NCBI GenBank assembly: GCA_036172245.1
Contig: JAYWIR010000049.1
Span: forward strand, 372,001 to 436,000
Direction of reading: 5' to 3'
DNA from: Raillietiella orientalis
Taxonomy: Eukaryota
DNA length: 64,000 nt
In this document: in pieces, positions 11,551 to 24,420 of the stretch
How the letters are laid out: each line of letters begins with the position of its first letter
How positions within the stretch are numbered: position 1 is the stretch's first letter
Notes under the pieces: model-generated
The model's input: only the letters and a program-made list of their open reading frames with translations
The model's database searches: none
Told to the model about the DNA's origin: nothing
Made by a program: the position numbers and the translations under genes

Positions 11551-12681
11551 TTCCGTCTTATGCACTTTCTCGTCGGCAGACCCCTCCCACTCCGTTCCTG
11601 GGAACCGGGGTGCCTTTATCAACAGGCTGCGAAGACGAGCGACGCCGATTGACAAATTCGATTAGTTTGACCCCCAGGAAGGCACGCTCCGGAGCACGAT
11701 ATGCAGAATACGGACACCACCCGATTTCTTTCCTCGATGAGTCGCAAAGGGCGAGGGACGGAAGGGTACCATGGGGACCTGGCCGATCTCGGATGAGGTT
11801 TCATTCGATTGCGAGGAGCGATGGGGAATCGAGGTGCAGGCTGGTCGCTTCCCACGCGCTCCGGTGAGGGCCAGCCGAGCTCCGAGAGGAACTCGAACGG
11901 ATGGTTCCAGAATGGCTGGCTGGCGGGAGGACTGCTTGAACTTTGACCTCTCCTGCTCGCTTCCAAGTTTCCAAACGCGGAGGCTCCCTGGGGTCTACTG
12001 GGGCACAGAACTTTGGGTGGCAAGCCATAGGAAAGAGCAGAAAACCCGGTGGTCCAAGGCGTACTCGGGTTACAGCACTCTCCAGGATGTCCATCTTGCC
12101 GTTGGCACTGCCGCAACGGGGTGGGTGAAAGGCATGCTGAATTTCACTCTGCATCGGCGGGCTCCACCGCTCCATAGAGTGCACGCGGAAGAAACCGCTC
12201 GTCTCGGCAAGCAAGGGGCATCGAGCGTCGACTGGATTCCGTGACCTGACCCCGTTCCGAAGCTGCGTTGTCGTACCCGGCGCATGCTGGTGAAGCTGGT
12301 TCCTGACCAGAAACGAAGCCGGAGGAAGCTCTGGCGCGGGTTCGCAGCGATCTCGCGGCGCGAGTGGGTCGTGGCACATTGGGAGCAGGGGGAGTAATCT
12401 GCGTTTCCGAACCATCTGGCTTCTTGCTGAGGTTTCCCTCATGGTAGGTGGCGCCCGTCGACGCGAAAGGGGATTCCCCTCCGGTAAAGCGAACGATTGG
12501 AACTTTTGGGTACGGTGATGACCTCGACTCGCCCCCGATTTTCAGTTAGGTAGGGAGCGCGGGTCGATTGAAGGTGGAAGCTCGATCTTCCAGGTTCCTG
12601 AGAGCCCATGTTGGCTAGCAGAACGGGAGCTGTGGGATGAACGGAACGGGTCGATTTGCGGCATCAGGTCCCAGGGCAGGT

Positions 12682-12724
12682 GTTGGTTGCCATGGACAGT
12701 AGGACGGTGTCCATGGCAACCAAC
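12682..12724. repeat. Perfect 17-bp inverted repeat with 9-nt loop
   Basis: gttggttgccatggaca-gtaggacgg-tgtccatggcaaccaac. Confidence 0.95.
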
Positions 12725-14439
12725 GTCCATTCGGAGTCCGCTGTGGTGGTAGGTAATATGAGTGAAGGGAAGGCGGTCAATGGATTCTGATTGTGGCTAT
12801 TTTTTCGAGATGATGTAGCCAAAGTTCAGACTTGTATGAGAGTTGTGGCTAGCTCTGGTCCTACGGCTGCGGTGAAGGAGATAGTGGATTTAGTCGGGTT
12901 GTTTGAGGATGTGGGCGCAGGCGATGCTGGCTGGGAGTCATAGGGTCGCATTGTAAATCTAGTGGTTTGCCGAGAACTCTATGGCACGATGAAAAAAGGT
13001 CGAACTCACGGCTTGTTCCTCTGATAGAGCCATCGAAGAATGCTGTTTGACTGCTACCTTTTCCTCTCACTGGTGCAGGTGACAAATTAGCAAGCTGCAA
13101 GACTTGAACGACACATCTCACAGCTAACGGCGATGCAGTGGCTGTTTCATCTTTTCCAGTTGATGGTGTACCCGGAAGAAGGTTTCAATGAGCGAACCAC
13201 CATCTTAGATACGGATTCCACTCGCCAATCACCTACCCGAGGATGGGCGTACGCGGAATGCGATCGTGGGCCTAAACCAGCAGCGTGGGTGCTGATGCTC
13301 GCGTAAAGAACACGGAGGAGAACTTCGCTGAGTGAAATCACGTGATGACACCTGGTCCAGAGTACCTTCTCCCTGATCGTCTGCCCGTGTGGCGATTCCG
13401 AAAAGTTTGCTTTCGGGACCAAACCGTTCTCCTCGGAGGCTGGAGATGGGAAGTTCTCCAAGATGGAAGCCAAAAGGCATCGTGACGCTGCCGTTTGCTC
13501 ACGGCGCCGAAAAAACGAACTTTTTTTATCGGCACCCTGAGGATTGGAAAGTGCTCCAAACAGCAGTCGCGCCTCCGCTCATCAGGCGAGTGGAGAGCAA
13601 ATTGCTCAGGAAGAAAAGCAAGGAGCAGCCCTGCATCCCGTAGGAGGGCTGTAAAAGTCAGAAAACTGCACTTGCAGCCTGGAGCAGGACGAGGCGTGAA
13701 TCCTCGCTTCAGTCGTAATTGCGATAGAGGATTCCCACGGGAAGATGCACTTCCTCCGAGGAAGGCGCCTCCAAGTCACTGCGGACAAGGTGTCTTCTTG
13801 AGTTGAGTGCTGATGCGATCCTGATAAATGCTCAGCGGAAAGCCTCAGGCCATAAAGAGAAAGACACAAGCGTCGTCCATAAGGCGCTTCCGAAAGGACC
13901 CCATCACAGACTTCCGGAGCTGTGCAGGCCAGAGACTGCCACGATCGCCACGGTTTCACATATGCTGTTCCTGATTAACCCGAATGGTCAGGATGAGACC
14001 CTGAGGGCAATGATTTCCGCCTCCCTTCGTTTGCGCCGGGAGTGCTCTCTTCAACACCTAGCCGTTTTGCAGGAATGGTCCATTCGCTGAAGAATTTCGT
14101 TGCGGCACGACCCGAAATCGAGGCGGGGGGACTTCAGGGGAGTGAGCGATCCTCTGGTGCTCCAAGTGGCACTCGCGAGTCCGTCCTCAAGTGGCACTGA
14201 GCGGTGCACCTTTGGAGGACATGCTCATCCTGGAGCGCAGGACAAGTTTTCGTCGCATGCTACGCATTTACCAGGACTGCATCAGACTTTCCGTACTTAC
14301 AGATGGCGAGTGAAATTGCTTCACTGCATTGACGATTCTGCAGCTTCGTACGCCAACGACCAAGAGCATTTCGTCTAGCATTTCTTCATGTTTTTCCTGG
14401 TTCGCTAATTACTCAGAAGCCATTTGACTTCCCAGAGGA

Positions 14440-15090
14440 AGCTCCCAAAACTCCTTTTTGACGCTATCCACGCCACCTGAGGGTGCGTGTGACTCCTCAA
14501 GTCAGACAGCGATCCCGGAGGGACCACTCTATAAATCCAGGAAGACTCCGAACACGGAGAGTCTGTTCCTATCTCACGCTTGGAGGGAACCCTAGCACTG
14601 GTTGTCTCCGAAGAAAACCATTCTCTTGCTCTCTCCAAAGGAACCTCTTTCGGAGCGGCTGCATCCCTCGTTTCGTCTTCGGAAGGAACCCAGAAGGGAT
14701 CCGCTCCATGTGACTCCTCTGAAGAGAGCCCCGAAGGATGCAGAGCGCTTCTGGCACTCTGGAGAGACAATCCCGTGAGGGGGATATCAACGAACTCTTC
14801 TGAGGAGGGGATGAGTAAATTTTACCAACCGGAGGGTCGGAACCCCTAAGCAAAGCGGCTCCTTTGATTCCTGGAAAGACCCCAGAATATCGACTTCGAT
14901 TCCGAGCCACTCAGCAGGGGTATGCGGCTCCCACCTGTGGTGCATCCGAATCCAAGCAAGGCCAACCAGTGTCATTTTGCGGGGGATTCGAAACGCACGA
15001 CACACCCATTTTTCTGGAGTCGATCTCTCTTCGTGGGGATTCGAATCCTTAGCTCTTGGTGTGATGCGCGGAGAGACCGCAGCCGCACAT
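14440..15090 (+). mobile_element. Family A, most complete copy (R2-like CCHC/RLE region)
   Basis: RRDPLHVTPLKRAPKDAERFWHSGETIP (RxNxL..CRxCGETLPH), WKDPRISTS (EPRI), FVGIRILSSWC (VGxLGxW). Confidence 0.6.
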
Positions 15091-15329
15091 CAAAAGCAAA
15101 AACATATCGTGGTCCACCTTGCCCTCTCTTTGGTGAAAACTCTTAATGGCCCTTTACTGATAAAAGTCCTCAACTCCAAAAAGAATCGAGATGTGGGTAC
15201 GCAGCCGCTAGCCGAAGACGAATTCTCACTTGGATTTCAGATTTGCGAACAAAGTCCCCCCTTCGCTCCCCTCGAAAGAGTTCTCAACTTCGCCAAGCCC
15301 CTTAGCGTCCTTTCTTCACCCCTGAATTA

Positions 15330-16270
15330 ACCTCTGTCTATCCTTTCCGAGTACCTCCCCTGAAATTCCGTTTTGGAATCAGAATTATCTGCTCTCAGTA
15401 TCCGCTTGAGAGACCACGGCTGTCGCCATGTATTCAGGAACAGACAGAATAGCCTCGGCTTGTTCTCGGATGGCTGCTGGAGCCGAAGTGGCAGAATCCC
15501 TTGATGACCCACTCGGGCCACCCTTGCATTCAAGGATGAATTTCTCAAACTTCCCCTGAGATTCATGTGCATCCTTGGGAAGAAAAAAGCCAGGGAGAGC
15601 CTCGTGTGAGGGTGGCTGCAAGCAGTCCTCAGCATTCCGAGCTCCTTTTGAAAAAAGACCTATGACTCAGAGGGAGGTCTCAAGCTCGATTCAAGGACTT
15701 GCGTATTTCACATAAGGATGGTGGACTGTGCTTCCCTACGCTGGATCTTCTAAAAGGAGAGCCGGCTCCAATTCAGAAGATCTCAGAATTGCGAATTCGA
15801 TGCTCCCACCTTCCCCCCTGCTTAACGGTTAGGTAGTCGGCAGCCTAATTCTCCTCCCTCGCAGGCGAAACGTCCCAGGGGAACTAGCCCTTGCTCTTCC
15901 ACGCAGGATCAAAGAGGCAGATGGAGGCCATCGAACGAAAGAATACTGCGTACAACTTTCAACGTACGTGATTCTTTTGTCTTTTTTAAAAAATGGCATG
16001 CACCGTACGCGTGGACGGGACTCTCGGAAGCTGTAACCGGAAGTATCGCTCGCCTTCTTCATTCTCTTTCCAACGGATTCCAATCTTTTGCTCATTTCGA
16101 TCTTCCTTCCAAACCGCGAAGCGTTCCAAATTTATCCATGCTCCACGCATCTCTTCCGCGAATTCAATCATACTGTAGTTATCTTTCCAAGATTTACATA
16201 TGGTTGCGCCGTTCCGTTTCAATAATGTACCTCTTTAAGTGATGATGATGAGGACTACATTGTATGTATT
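15330..16270 (-). mobile_element. Utopia/NeSL-like RT domain 0-1 and thumb relic
   Basis: RVPSTRTVHAIF.K..KLYA; LAFFFPRMHMNLR (LKAFFFPSL-like), GILPL..PSEN. Confidence 0.45.
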
Positions 16271-17043
16271 GGTAATGTTTTCCAAGGCTGGTAGCTAAGC
16301 TCCTAGCCAAAGGTCGCTCTTGTTCTGCACCTTCTGACTTTGCTGCGACTCCAGGAAGAAGGACCTGGACCCAGGGTCGCGTCACAGCTCACAGACACCG
16401 CAACCCCCGAGTGCTCCATCGAAAGGACCCTTGAGCTGGCGCGAGTTACTAAAAATTTCCCGCGAGAAGACCTCGAGTAGCTCTCCCAATTCTAAGAAGC
16501 TGTCTCACTTTCCCTATTAAGTGGCAGGAGCTGGCAACGCCGCTGTTGCCTGGAGACGTCACTCGAGCCATGGGGGAGTGAAGCCGAACTGTGGCAGATG
16601 CGGAGAACGAGAGTTCCTCCTCCTCCCCTTGCTGATGATTGTGTCACCCTCTGGCTCCTGCGGGAATGCTTTGCCGCGACCTCTACGGGCAACCCGAGAG
16701 ACGTTCCGAAGTGCCTGTGACGCCCTCAGACCGGCTGCGTAGCTGGCAGCACTCTGCCATCTGCAAGGGATCGCGGAGGCCTGGATCAACGCAAGAGGAG
16801 TTAAAGACGACAGGAACACCATCCACCTTGCAGTCTGATTCCTCAGAATCGCAGCAATGTGACCTCACCTGGGAGTCGTTCGGCAGGAACTTGCACTGGC
16901 ATCCTGACAAGGACACACAGAATGTCCTCCAGCAGACCGTGATCTTCAGGGACCACTCAAGGGCTCTCCGGGGGATTCCCAGTATCTCGCTCCAGCGCAA
17001 GTCTTTTCGGTGGGGCACTCGATGTCTCAGCGTCTGTGAGTAG

Positions 17044-17081
17044 GGATCGGGTCGCAACATGTGTGATCGGCGACCCGATCC
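17044..17081. repeat. Perfect 12-bp inverted repeat with 14-nt loop
   Basis: ggatcgggtcgc-aacatgtgtgatcg-gcgacccgatcc. Confidence 0.9.
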
Positions 17082-17133
17082 GTAGTGCAACAGCTGGAGT
17101 CCTCCCAGAGGTTGTTTATATATTTATATATTA

Positions 17134-17490
17134 CATTAGTACCTCAGTACTCGTCGGCAAACCGTTTCGCAGCTCGTGACGAGTGCCGAAACCGACGAGT
17201 ACCGAACGAGTTCTTTTCTAGGTTTCGTGGTATCATTTTTAACCACTTTAAGACCCATGATTCACGCTTAAATTGCATAGAAAGCACACAAAAAGGAAAT
17301 GATTCGAGAGAGACCCTAAGGAAGTGTTCGTTGGCAGTGTTAGCGAGTTAACATGAGGTGAAAGCGTTCAAGAGTGTGGTTTCGAATTCCGAGCATAAGA
17401 CGACGAGTGTCGAAACATTTTTTCTTGTCAAAATGCGACAGGTACTGAGCCCGACGAGTTCCAATGCCGTCGAGTACCGAGGTATCACTG
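17134..17490. mobile_element. Tc1/mariner (pogo/Tigger-type) MITE, copy 1
   Basis: TA on both sides; imperfect TIRs cattagtacctcagtactcgtcggca / tgccgtcgagtaccgaggtatcactg; homologous along its length to 39278-39616. Confidence 0.85.
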
Positions 17491-18199
17491 TACTTTTATT
17501 TCACTGTATTTCATTTTTGTTTGCTCCCCTTTTCCTCTGCTGACGAGGTGAACCTCAGCAGGTTCCATCTGCAGCGTAGCAGGAGCGAAGAAAAACATGG
17601 CCGCGATCGTCAAGAGGTCATCTCCGAGCGGCAGTGGCAATAGCACAGTACCGCAGGGATGCTGGGGATCTCTCGGGTCTTTCCCAGAGAGACGAAACGC
17701 ATCCGGCATCAGAACTGAAAAATAGGTAAGTTGATCTTCCCTTGTCGGCTGACGCTGGAGCGAGGACAAGACGCACAGGTGTCGGTTGGTATCGGAAGGT
17801 CGCGAAGAGACCAGGAAGTGAGCGCCATATCACGGCTCATGAATCAGCGTGCAGCAGATGAGTTTTCTGAGGAAGCTGCAAATGAGGTTTTTGGATCCTG
17901 TTTGGTAGAGGGATGCCGGAGCGCGCATTTTAAAAAAAAAGCAAAAGAACGTACAAATAAGCTGTCAAAATGTAGAAAAGGTCACGAGCATCTCCAGCAT
18001 CCGGCATCTGGATGAATTCATCCGAAGAAGCGTTGGAGGCTTGCGAGTTCTGAGCCCCCGGGCGAACGGAACGGAACCTGGTCAATTCGAAAAGACCGCG
18101 TTCCAGGAAGCTTCCCGAGACAGGGAACTCTTGAGGAGGGACGGAGGACGGCTCCTGATTGCTCTGCGTCTTCCAGAAAGACTCAAAGTGGTCTAGCGG

Positions 18200-19440
18200 G
18201 TCTATGGACACGCAGAAAGGTTCCTAGGTCGCTTTCCATCTGAGTTTCTCAGCGAAGTCACCACGACACCTTCTGTCACAGGACACGACACAATCGCAGC
18301 GACCTGAAGAATCTGATAGTCCAGTCTTGAGCTCATGAGGCGAAGACCCCAGTCAGAAAAGAATCTCAGTGCTCGGGACCTCCTATCGTTCCAAAGTATC
18401 CATACTGTAGAAAGGTGTAGCCTCCCCACATAGGGGGACTGGATTCCGCTTCTCCCTGAGGCATCAGGCCTCACACCTGGTATCCCTTTTTAAAACTGGA
18501 ACGCCTGGCGGATGGATGGCACTCTGAAAGTGCACCCAGAGGAACTGCGACCGCTGCAACTCCTAAGCAAGCCGGTGCGTGATATACTGCAGGACTGGAC
18601 GTAGTGGTCCCAGGCAGTCGTCACACCCCTCACCACAGCACTGTCTGCCCTCGGGGCAAACGATGGAAGCAACCAGCTGGCAGGATGAGAGGTCTCCTGC
18701 AAAGCTGCAGGAATCGAGAAACTCGTCGATTGGCGCAAGACGAGCGAGTTGTTGGACGTTCCCCCTCCTCGTTTCCAAGCAAAGGGACTCCTCTGGTGGA
18801 ATGGCCTGCCCTGTGTGGCCTCCTGAAGAACTCGTGGTCCCTTCCTTGTGTGTGGGCACTCCATGTTTCCGCTCCGTTGAAAATGGGATGTCCTGCTGTT
18901 TCTGCATTGGGGACTCCAGTGGAATCAGAGCAGCACCTGGTTTTCGAGGGAGATTTCTGTTCGAACCAGGCTCCTGCTGGACTGCAATGCCCCTGAAGAT
19001 GTGGTTGAGTCTCCCTTCGGCGCTCCATCGACTGCAGGACCATCCTCGCTTCTGATTTTCTGAGGCGCTTCTTCACTCAAGGAGGGATGAAGGAGGAGGG
19101 GCCATTGCAACCAGCTGATGCATGAGGACGGCTGCAAAATGGCTTCAACCGTCAGAGGAAATCATCAAATATCCCCACCATACGGAGCTGCTTCTAGAAG
19201 GAAGGGAATAATTAAAACCAAAGACCCCCGTCGCTACCCGCCGATCTTTTTTCATTAATTTTTTGTCCTCTCCCTTTATTTCCTGCTTTTATAGAAGGCG
19301 GTATGCTAGTCGGTGTTCATCCCCAATGAACTTGTTTTTTCTGTGGGCGTGTCTTGTATTCAGGGGACAGTGTTCTCCTCTGACTTGAGGTTTATTTTTT
19401 TTTTTTAATAAAGGTCCCGGCGTCACCGGGTAGAAACTTG
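18200..19440 (-). mobile_element. Family B RT relic (domains 0-7)
   Basis: GDEHRLAYRLL (PGxDxLxY), VLQSMERR, GVPNAETAGHPIFN (QG.PLSP.LFN), NVQQLARLAPIDEFLDSC; colinear homology with 56300-57290 and 43000-43800. Confidence 0.65.
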
Positions 19441-20609
19441 CTCATGTCATTGTCTGCTTGCACTAAAAGATCCTTGAAAAGGACCAGAGGCAGCTCAGAG
19501 GACCAGACCGCGGCTGTGCAAGAACATCCACTGCAAGGACGATCTGTTTTCTTGCTATCCTAAAAGAAACTCTACGTCCGTCATCCTCTTGCTTCTACGC
19601 CCGCTTCGGCTGCTGAGAATTCTGTTGACTTTGAAGGGAAGCGCTTCGGCCTTCCCGACGATGGCAGTTGCACCCACTCGCTCCAGGGTGACACCGCCTA
19701 AGGGGCAAACCACGTCCATTCCCGGAATCGGAGAACTTTGGGAAATTTCGGTAACCCGGATTGACGGCTCTTCTCCACGAATGGGAGCCAGAAGCCACTG
19801 TCAATCTGGAAACCACGTGTTTATAACCATGTCCCAGGAAAATGCCGCCGGGATTTCCCCAGCCGTTGAAAATCCATCTCTACTCTTCGCCATTCGAGAT
19901 GAGCGGGGTTTCCAGTTTCCGCTCAACATCTCCCTTTTGAATTTGACTCCTTTCGCACAGGGAACGGACGACCTGAAGGCGAGCCTTCCTTCCCTCGTGA
20001 AGAGGAGCAACTACAACTGCAAATTGCGCCCCCACTACGGCAATATCTTTCTGATCTGTTCTTCAGCTGAACTGATTTCAAGATGCTATTCAGCTTCTTG
20101 AATTCCATCATCAGATCTTTCAAGGATGTGGAGCATCAGCCGAAGAGTCGATTTGTTTGCTGTTCCCCTTCTTCAATCACTGATTTCCTCCAGCTCATGT
20201 TTAGTCCCTGAACCTCCGGCTAAATATGGCTATCGTTCCCTCTGATGCGGTCACTCTCGAGGAGTCGTTCGCTTGGAAACCACAAAAAAGTGCGCTCCGT
20301 CACCTGCCGCCGCCTGGGGTCCGGCTGCTGGGCAGCCGTCGCCGCGTGAGTTTCCCTTAGAGCTCGCGCTCCTCTTTCCTAGAATCTCAGGAGCGAAATT
20401 CCCCTCCTTCCACTGGACCGCGATCCTTCCGAGTGATTTGACCTCACTTGACTCGCGAGCGCACACCCGCCTCCATGGAAAAAGCGTATCTCTGCGAAAC
20501 AGCGATAGAAAGATTAAAAGCCCTGACTTGGTGCGAATCCACCGACCTTGGACTCAGCTTCCAGAATTTTAAGAGACTCTTGAAAGCTTCGAGTTCAAAG
20601 CCTAAAAGT

Positions 20610-21250
20610 TGGCCGTGGCTCCGGCCACTGCTTGTGGCACCAAGCACCGCGAGTTCGAACTCCATGGAGGGAAGGGTCGATGCCGAGAATTGGGGTGCTT
20701 CGTGGGTTTCCTCTCAGGATGATGCTGGTTGACCTGAAGGCTTCGAGATGCGGCACTAGTGGAAGCCGGGAACCCCCACTGACCGACCGGGATTGGAAGT
20801 CTACCCCCCGAGATCCTTCTTGGTGTCAAGGAGACCATTCCCTTTGGGGCGCCCCTTCGATTGTAAAAACGGAGCCATACCCCCCTTCTCTGCGGGGACT
20901 CTTAATCGCGTACCATAGAGCCCGTTCTGGAGAGTACTCTGGAGATCAACCCATCTTGAGTTGTTGATTTCCAGAGTGTTAGACAGAAGCGCGCTGTTCG
21001 CTTTAGAGTTATTCTCTTCAGAGAGGAGGAGTGCCAAGGGGCGGATCCCTTGCGGCTCCCTCCACAGAAGATATTCAGGAGCGGATCTTCCCTCGAAACG
21101 AAGAACGACCCCTTCTGTGGAATCCCTCCGGGGAGAACAAGGGGTCCTCTTCGGACACATCCAGAGAGACGGTTACTTCGGTTCAGTTCGTCTACCTGCC
21201 AAGCGTAAGAGCGAGACTCTTTCCTCCGGAGCCCTCCTTGTTTCATAGGA
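20610..21250 (-). mobile_element. Family A copy
   Basis: DNA homology to 9420-9850 (same orientation), including the segment deleted there. Confidence 0.6.
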
Positions 21251-21559
21251 CGGTCCCTACTGACTCACTCTCTCACTGACGACTTACACGCACCCTAGGA
21301 TGGCATGAACAGCGCTAAAGAGCTTAGTCAACCCCTTCTAAGGAAACGAACGGTTCGTCAGCACTTTGCGAACCAAAAACAAGAAAAAAGAAAAGAAAAC
21401 TGCTGCCTATCGCGAGGAAAAATGTGTGGCAGATTCGTCACATTTCTAATCCGCACCCGTTGCCTATCGTGAGACAAAAAATGCCAAGGTGAACCGATGG
21501 TGGCAACATTGCAACGTGCCAATGAGAGTGCCCATGTGCATCAAGTGCAATCAGGTTAC

Positions 21560-21760
21560 ACAACGGCTCTCTTCGTCCGGAGCCATACTTTGAAATGAAA
21601 ATCTTGTTTGCGCTCAATACGTTCAATGCTTCCTTCGAAATGAGAGTGGACCTGGTCACTCAGGAAGCAGAGCACGTTTCCGCTTCCGGACATCCTTTGG
21701 AAGAATGCGAAGAGGTCGTTGGGGAAAATTCGGAAAACGGACGCACATCGTCCACTCAAG
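21560..21760 (-). pseudogene. Possible decayed THAP-domain fragment (DNA transposon)
   Basis: LRILPKDVRKRKR ... QVHSHFE ... LRTKRAV across a frameshift, resembling FPKD..RR.W..CSxHF..L...AVP. Confidence 0.25.
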
Positions 21761-22989
21761 TGAAATCGGTAAAGACGAAATTTTATGGCTGCCCCAACCG
21801 CCTACAGACAGAGGGAAAAGAGTGGATGCGTGCCAGACGCGGGGCGTGGAAACTTCGTACACGAGATCCTACTTCTGGGATTGCTTAAAAGCTTCAGCGT
21901 TCCTGTAAAGTCACTCAACAGGTACAAGAAAACCCACTTGCGGCTGCGACTGCAACTTTTGTTTGTTTGTTTTTTCTTCGTAGCATCAGAAAGCTTTGAG
22001 CAAGAAACGCCAGATACTTTCCTGTCCCAGAAGGCAGGGTGTGTGGTTTTCCAAGATCTCCCCGGTTACCTCGGAGCCACGTGCAGCGATATGCACGTGC
22101 ACGCACATGCGCGACGTGCCCACCGTGCACGTTCGCTTTTCGTGTGTTCGCGCGTGGTAAGGCAGTGCGTTGTGTGGATTTGCAAAATAACCATCTCGGT
22201 CGCATGGAATTCGTGATGAAGAAGCGAAGTTCTCACATCTGGACTGCTTTTATTTCGAATGAAATGTGTGGCCGGAGGTGCGACCTCTCGCTGCATGCCG
22301 TGGTGGCCGGGGCGCTTGGATCTTCCACTGTCTTCTGAAACCAGATTTTCCTTCCGGCTTCGCGTTTTTTACATCCGATTTTGCTGGTTCGTCTTTCAAC
22401 GTCGTTCTGGCAGTCCGTTCGGCGGACTCACTTTTTTATGTGCCTGTCATCTTGCTTTGGGTAGCCAGTGGTGAGGAAGGGAGTCGATGCCTTGCACATT
22501 CGAAGGTCTACAAGGAGGTTTCGAGGTTCTCGGAAGCCAATCCATCCATGTACACATCCTTTCCAGTAATCTGTGGCCATCCATCCTTGTACGTGGAAAA
22601 CCCACCCGGTATTCGCACCAGCCAGGAATCAGTGAGCTGCCAGGAGTGCAAGTGCCTCCAGTCCCCCTACTGATGGGCACTATCGATTAACAGTCCAGTT
22701 GCTATGAGCAACCTCATCACTGCATCCCAAACATGCACGCGGCGAACCTTGGAGTTCGTTTATTTGTGGCAGCTTCCTGGCTGCGAGATGGACACTCGGA
22801 TTCTATCCAATTCGTGCTCGTTGAGGAAAACAGCTCTCGTCTGAGGGAACTGACCCGATAAAAGGAAAATGACCTCTTGGTACGCGCCCCCCCATCCGTA
22901 CGCGTATGAGGAAAACGCAACTTCTGCTCGCCTGCTGTTCCTCCTCGGCTCGCCTCGAAGTCCACTTCGAGATTTGTTTATCCAAACCG

Positions 22990-23280
22990 ACACATTCAAA
23001 GTGCAAGTTACGGAAGATGACGCCAGGACGCCAAGGATGATTCGCGAAAAAACCCCGGAGTGTGAACTTCTCGATCCCGGTGACTCAGCGGGGGCAACCG
23101 GCATCCACCAGTGCCGCCCCCAAAACCAACCGAGGCCAACCAGCGTCATCTTGCGGAGAAAATTGAAACTCACGAATCATCCCAATTTCTCCACGTCGAT
23201 CCCTCACGTGGAGAAACTGCAACATCCGGTGCCGCGCGCGCAGACAGCAGCCACGTGGACCTGAGAATCCGGCGCTCCCT
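22990..23280 (+). mobile_element. Family A partial copy
   Basis: aggccaaccagcgtcatct...gaaact...tcgatccct shared with 40563-40632 and 14959-15030. Confidence 0.6.
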
Positions 23281-23399
23281 CAGAGATATCGCCCCCTACC
23301 CAATCCTTTTTGTTTGAGGGCGCATAGGAATGGTTCAGTTCTCTGCTATTGCAGCGTCCTGCCCATCGTCTCCCTGCAGCGACAGGCCGAAGCTGGCGG

Positions 23400-24050
23400 A
23401 GTCTTCGTCAGTCAGCGCTGCGGCCGCCGTCGATCGCGAGTGGCGTAAGCGCGCAGCGGTTGTTTTCGAACTCGCTCTCTGCGCGCGCCGCCATGTGGCG
23501 ATGACTCGTCCAGGGTGTCTGCTGCGCATTTTCCGAGTACACCACACAGTGCGCGCCGTCTCGCGTCTGATCGAGTCCTGCCGATGTTCTTCCGCCAGGA
23601 TGTGTTGGTACTTATGCTCGTCCACTCAATGCAAGGCGGGTCCTTGATGAAGACGGCGGTGGTCATGGGGATTATCCGAAGCATTCTTGGGAAAATCTGG
23701 TACCTGACATACTGAGCACGAGAGCGCCACCTCAAGAGCAGGAAGGAGGGAGGCGACGACTGCCGAAACATTGCCACGCAGTACTCAGGCGCAAGGCCAT
23801 TCCCACGGGCGATTCGACACCGCAAAGTCACCTCTTTGAAGACGGCCTCCTGCCGCCTTCGGGGAGAACTGCCGACAGGTCAGTCCGCCTTCCGGTCGGC
23901 ATGCATCCCCGCCTCTGCTGGGCAGAGAAATCCGGTGGAGGTGTGGAAAGCTCGTGGATGTGAGGCGCCTTTCTCCCCTCAGCATCAAATCTTTCTGGAG
24001 GGCAGGAGCAGCAGCGAACGAAGCAGTGTATCGCCCGCATTGTGAGCAGG
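23400..24050 (-). mobile_element. RLE endonuclease relic
   Basis: RIIPMTTAVFIKDP (IIDVTxxFE), HKYQHIL (KxxKY), ALCGVLGK (VGxLGxW). Confidence 0.55.
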
Positions 24051-24249
24051 TTACCAAAGAGCAGGTGACCCTCAATCCCGCCGCATTTCCTATTTGTTTC
24101 TTCGATTCGTCATCTCTCCTTTACGGGAGTGGCTGAGGACTCGTGGCTCGTAGCTATGCCCCGCTTCTTCCCTCTCCATACTCGCAGTCGACCTCCAAAC
24201 TAGATCGCGGCTTTCAGCTGCTTCTCTTCGATGCGAAGGAAGGTTTCGA

Positions 24250-24420
24250 GGAGTGACCCATCCTCCAGCAATCCTTGACCTGACTACACAACGCCTCAAA
24301 GCACCTCTGTAGCAGCTTGATTGGACCTTTCTTAACCTCTGCCTTGTAGTAATCCATTCTCCAGCAATCGTGTGACCTCGGAGTGAGTCACCCACAGCAA
24401 TTCTCTGACGTGTCGTCACC
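24250..24420. repeat. Degenerate ~33-bp tandem repeat
   Basis: Units like ggagtgacccatcctccagcaatccttgacct near 24250, 24346 and 24380. Confidence 0.6.

Noticed and set aside
13561..13590. Hammerhead ribozyme core on the minus strand (CUGAUGA-GCG-GAGG-CGC)
   Set aside because: Followed by GACU rather than GAAA; stems I and III not found. Other CUGAUGA hits (11053, 42209, 42764) also lack the core.
17041..17095. Helitron 3' terminus
   Set aside because: The hairpin is not followed by a clear CTAG-type end and no Rep/helicase remnant or 5' end was seen.
19400..19440. AATAAA plus conserved gtcccgg as element 3' end and target site (also 31865, 57262)
   Set aside because: On the element's sense strand this lies upstream of RT domain 0 and appears to be internal coding sequence.
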